This document shows positions 63,624 to 64,000 of a stretch of 64,000 bases of DNA, piece by piece; the stretch's first letter is position 1; each line of letters begins with the position of its first letter. Below the pieces are notes generated by a model that saw only the letters and a list, made by a program, of their open reading frames with translations, did no database searches and had not been told where the DNA came from. The stretch spans positions 124,001 to 188,000 of IMG/VR virus record IMGVR_UViG_3300045961_000282; one strand, written 5' to 3'. Position numbers and translations under genes: made by a program.

Positions 63624-63934
63624 GCTGATCATGATAATGCTGCGCTACCACCACGCCCAAGCCGGTGAACGGTGATTCGTATCACGGAAGGAAAGCCTCG
63701 CCTGCGCGCGCGACCGGCCCCGGCGCGCGCGCTATCTCCCGAACCTTTGGCGAACCATACGAGATATGGTTTATGACCCTGACACCGGCGAGGCCCCCCC
63801 TGCTTCGCCGGACAGACCCCCACCTCGTCAGCGGAGAGACCCCCCTTCGTAACCATAGATTTGACATGTGTCAGGGCTTGGGCTTACTCTTGTGTCAACA
63901 ACGCAACACCACCACCAACCGAAAGGGGAACGAC

Positions 63935-64000
63935 ATGAGCACGATGAGCATCGAGTCCGAGGGCCGCATGTGGGTCCACGCCGAACTGCCCGAGGGCGTC
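63935..64000 (+). CDS. N-terminus of a gene running off the window
   Basis: TTGACA promoter, A/C leader, GAAAGGGG RBS. Confidence 0.6.
   Translation, partial: MSTMSIESEGRMWVHAELPEGV

Larger units (their letters stand above)
21087..63717. repeat. dispersed 11-mer CGCGCGACCGG, 22 exact copies (19 plus, 3 minus)
   Basis: Manual scan; positions are listed in the findings. Confidence 0.85.
36869..63934. promoter_or_regulatory. A/C-rich (CAC/AAC)n leaders ending in a GAAAGGA-type RBS, more than 20 copies
   Basis: For example ccaacaccacaacgacgaaagga at 50670 and 54948; each follows an extended -10 such as TGCTATGCT or TAAGGT. Confidence 0.85.

Noticed and set aside
37800-64000. CRISPR array suggested by the many repeats
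   Set aside because: The repeats are short, irregularly spaced and separated by genes; there are no constant-length spacers and no cas genes.
1-64000. Integrase, att site, transposase, rRNA or virion structural genes
   Set aside because: No supporting motifs were recognised, so lifestyle (temperate or lytic) and virion type cannot be inferred from this window.

Overview
This GC-rich window is best read as part of a large actinobacteriophage genome. Support comes from a terminase large subunit with a mini-intein, Lsr2, WhiB, five HNH endonucleases, tRNA-Trp, tRNA-Cys and dozens of small promoter-driven ORFs. No capsid, portal, tail or integrase gene was recognised. At 1.6-14.4 kb lies a two-part glycan-biosynthesis island. 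A minus-strand cslA-glxA-cslZ-like operon (cellulose synthase-like GT2, copper radical oxidase, GH6) is followed by a GH5. A divergent plus-strand operon encodes a PIG-L deacetylase, WbqC, a nucleotide-sugar dehydrogenase, a hyaluronan-synthase-like GT2, a LamG-like protein and a secreted protein. At 14.5-14.8 kb are two tandem circularly permuted, anticodon-less tRNA-like RNAs (YrlA/Y-RNA-like). At 20.7-21.3 kb is a repeat-rich non-coding strand-switch region. At 25.6-28.5 kb is terL, preceded by a free-standing, extein-less and apparently catalytically dead intein/LAGLIDADG gene. From 21 to 64 kb a strand-polarised 11-mer CGCGCGACCGG occurs 22 times by manual count. The same span carries a modular expression grammar: hairpin-embedded promoters, A/C-rich leaders, a second conserved 5' stem-loop leader and leaderless promoters. 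It also holds an MmeI-like restriction-modification gene and a candidate ~196-nt structured RNA at 62.1-62.3 kb. All calls come from motif recognition and manual inspection; no database searches were run.
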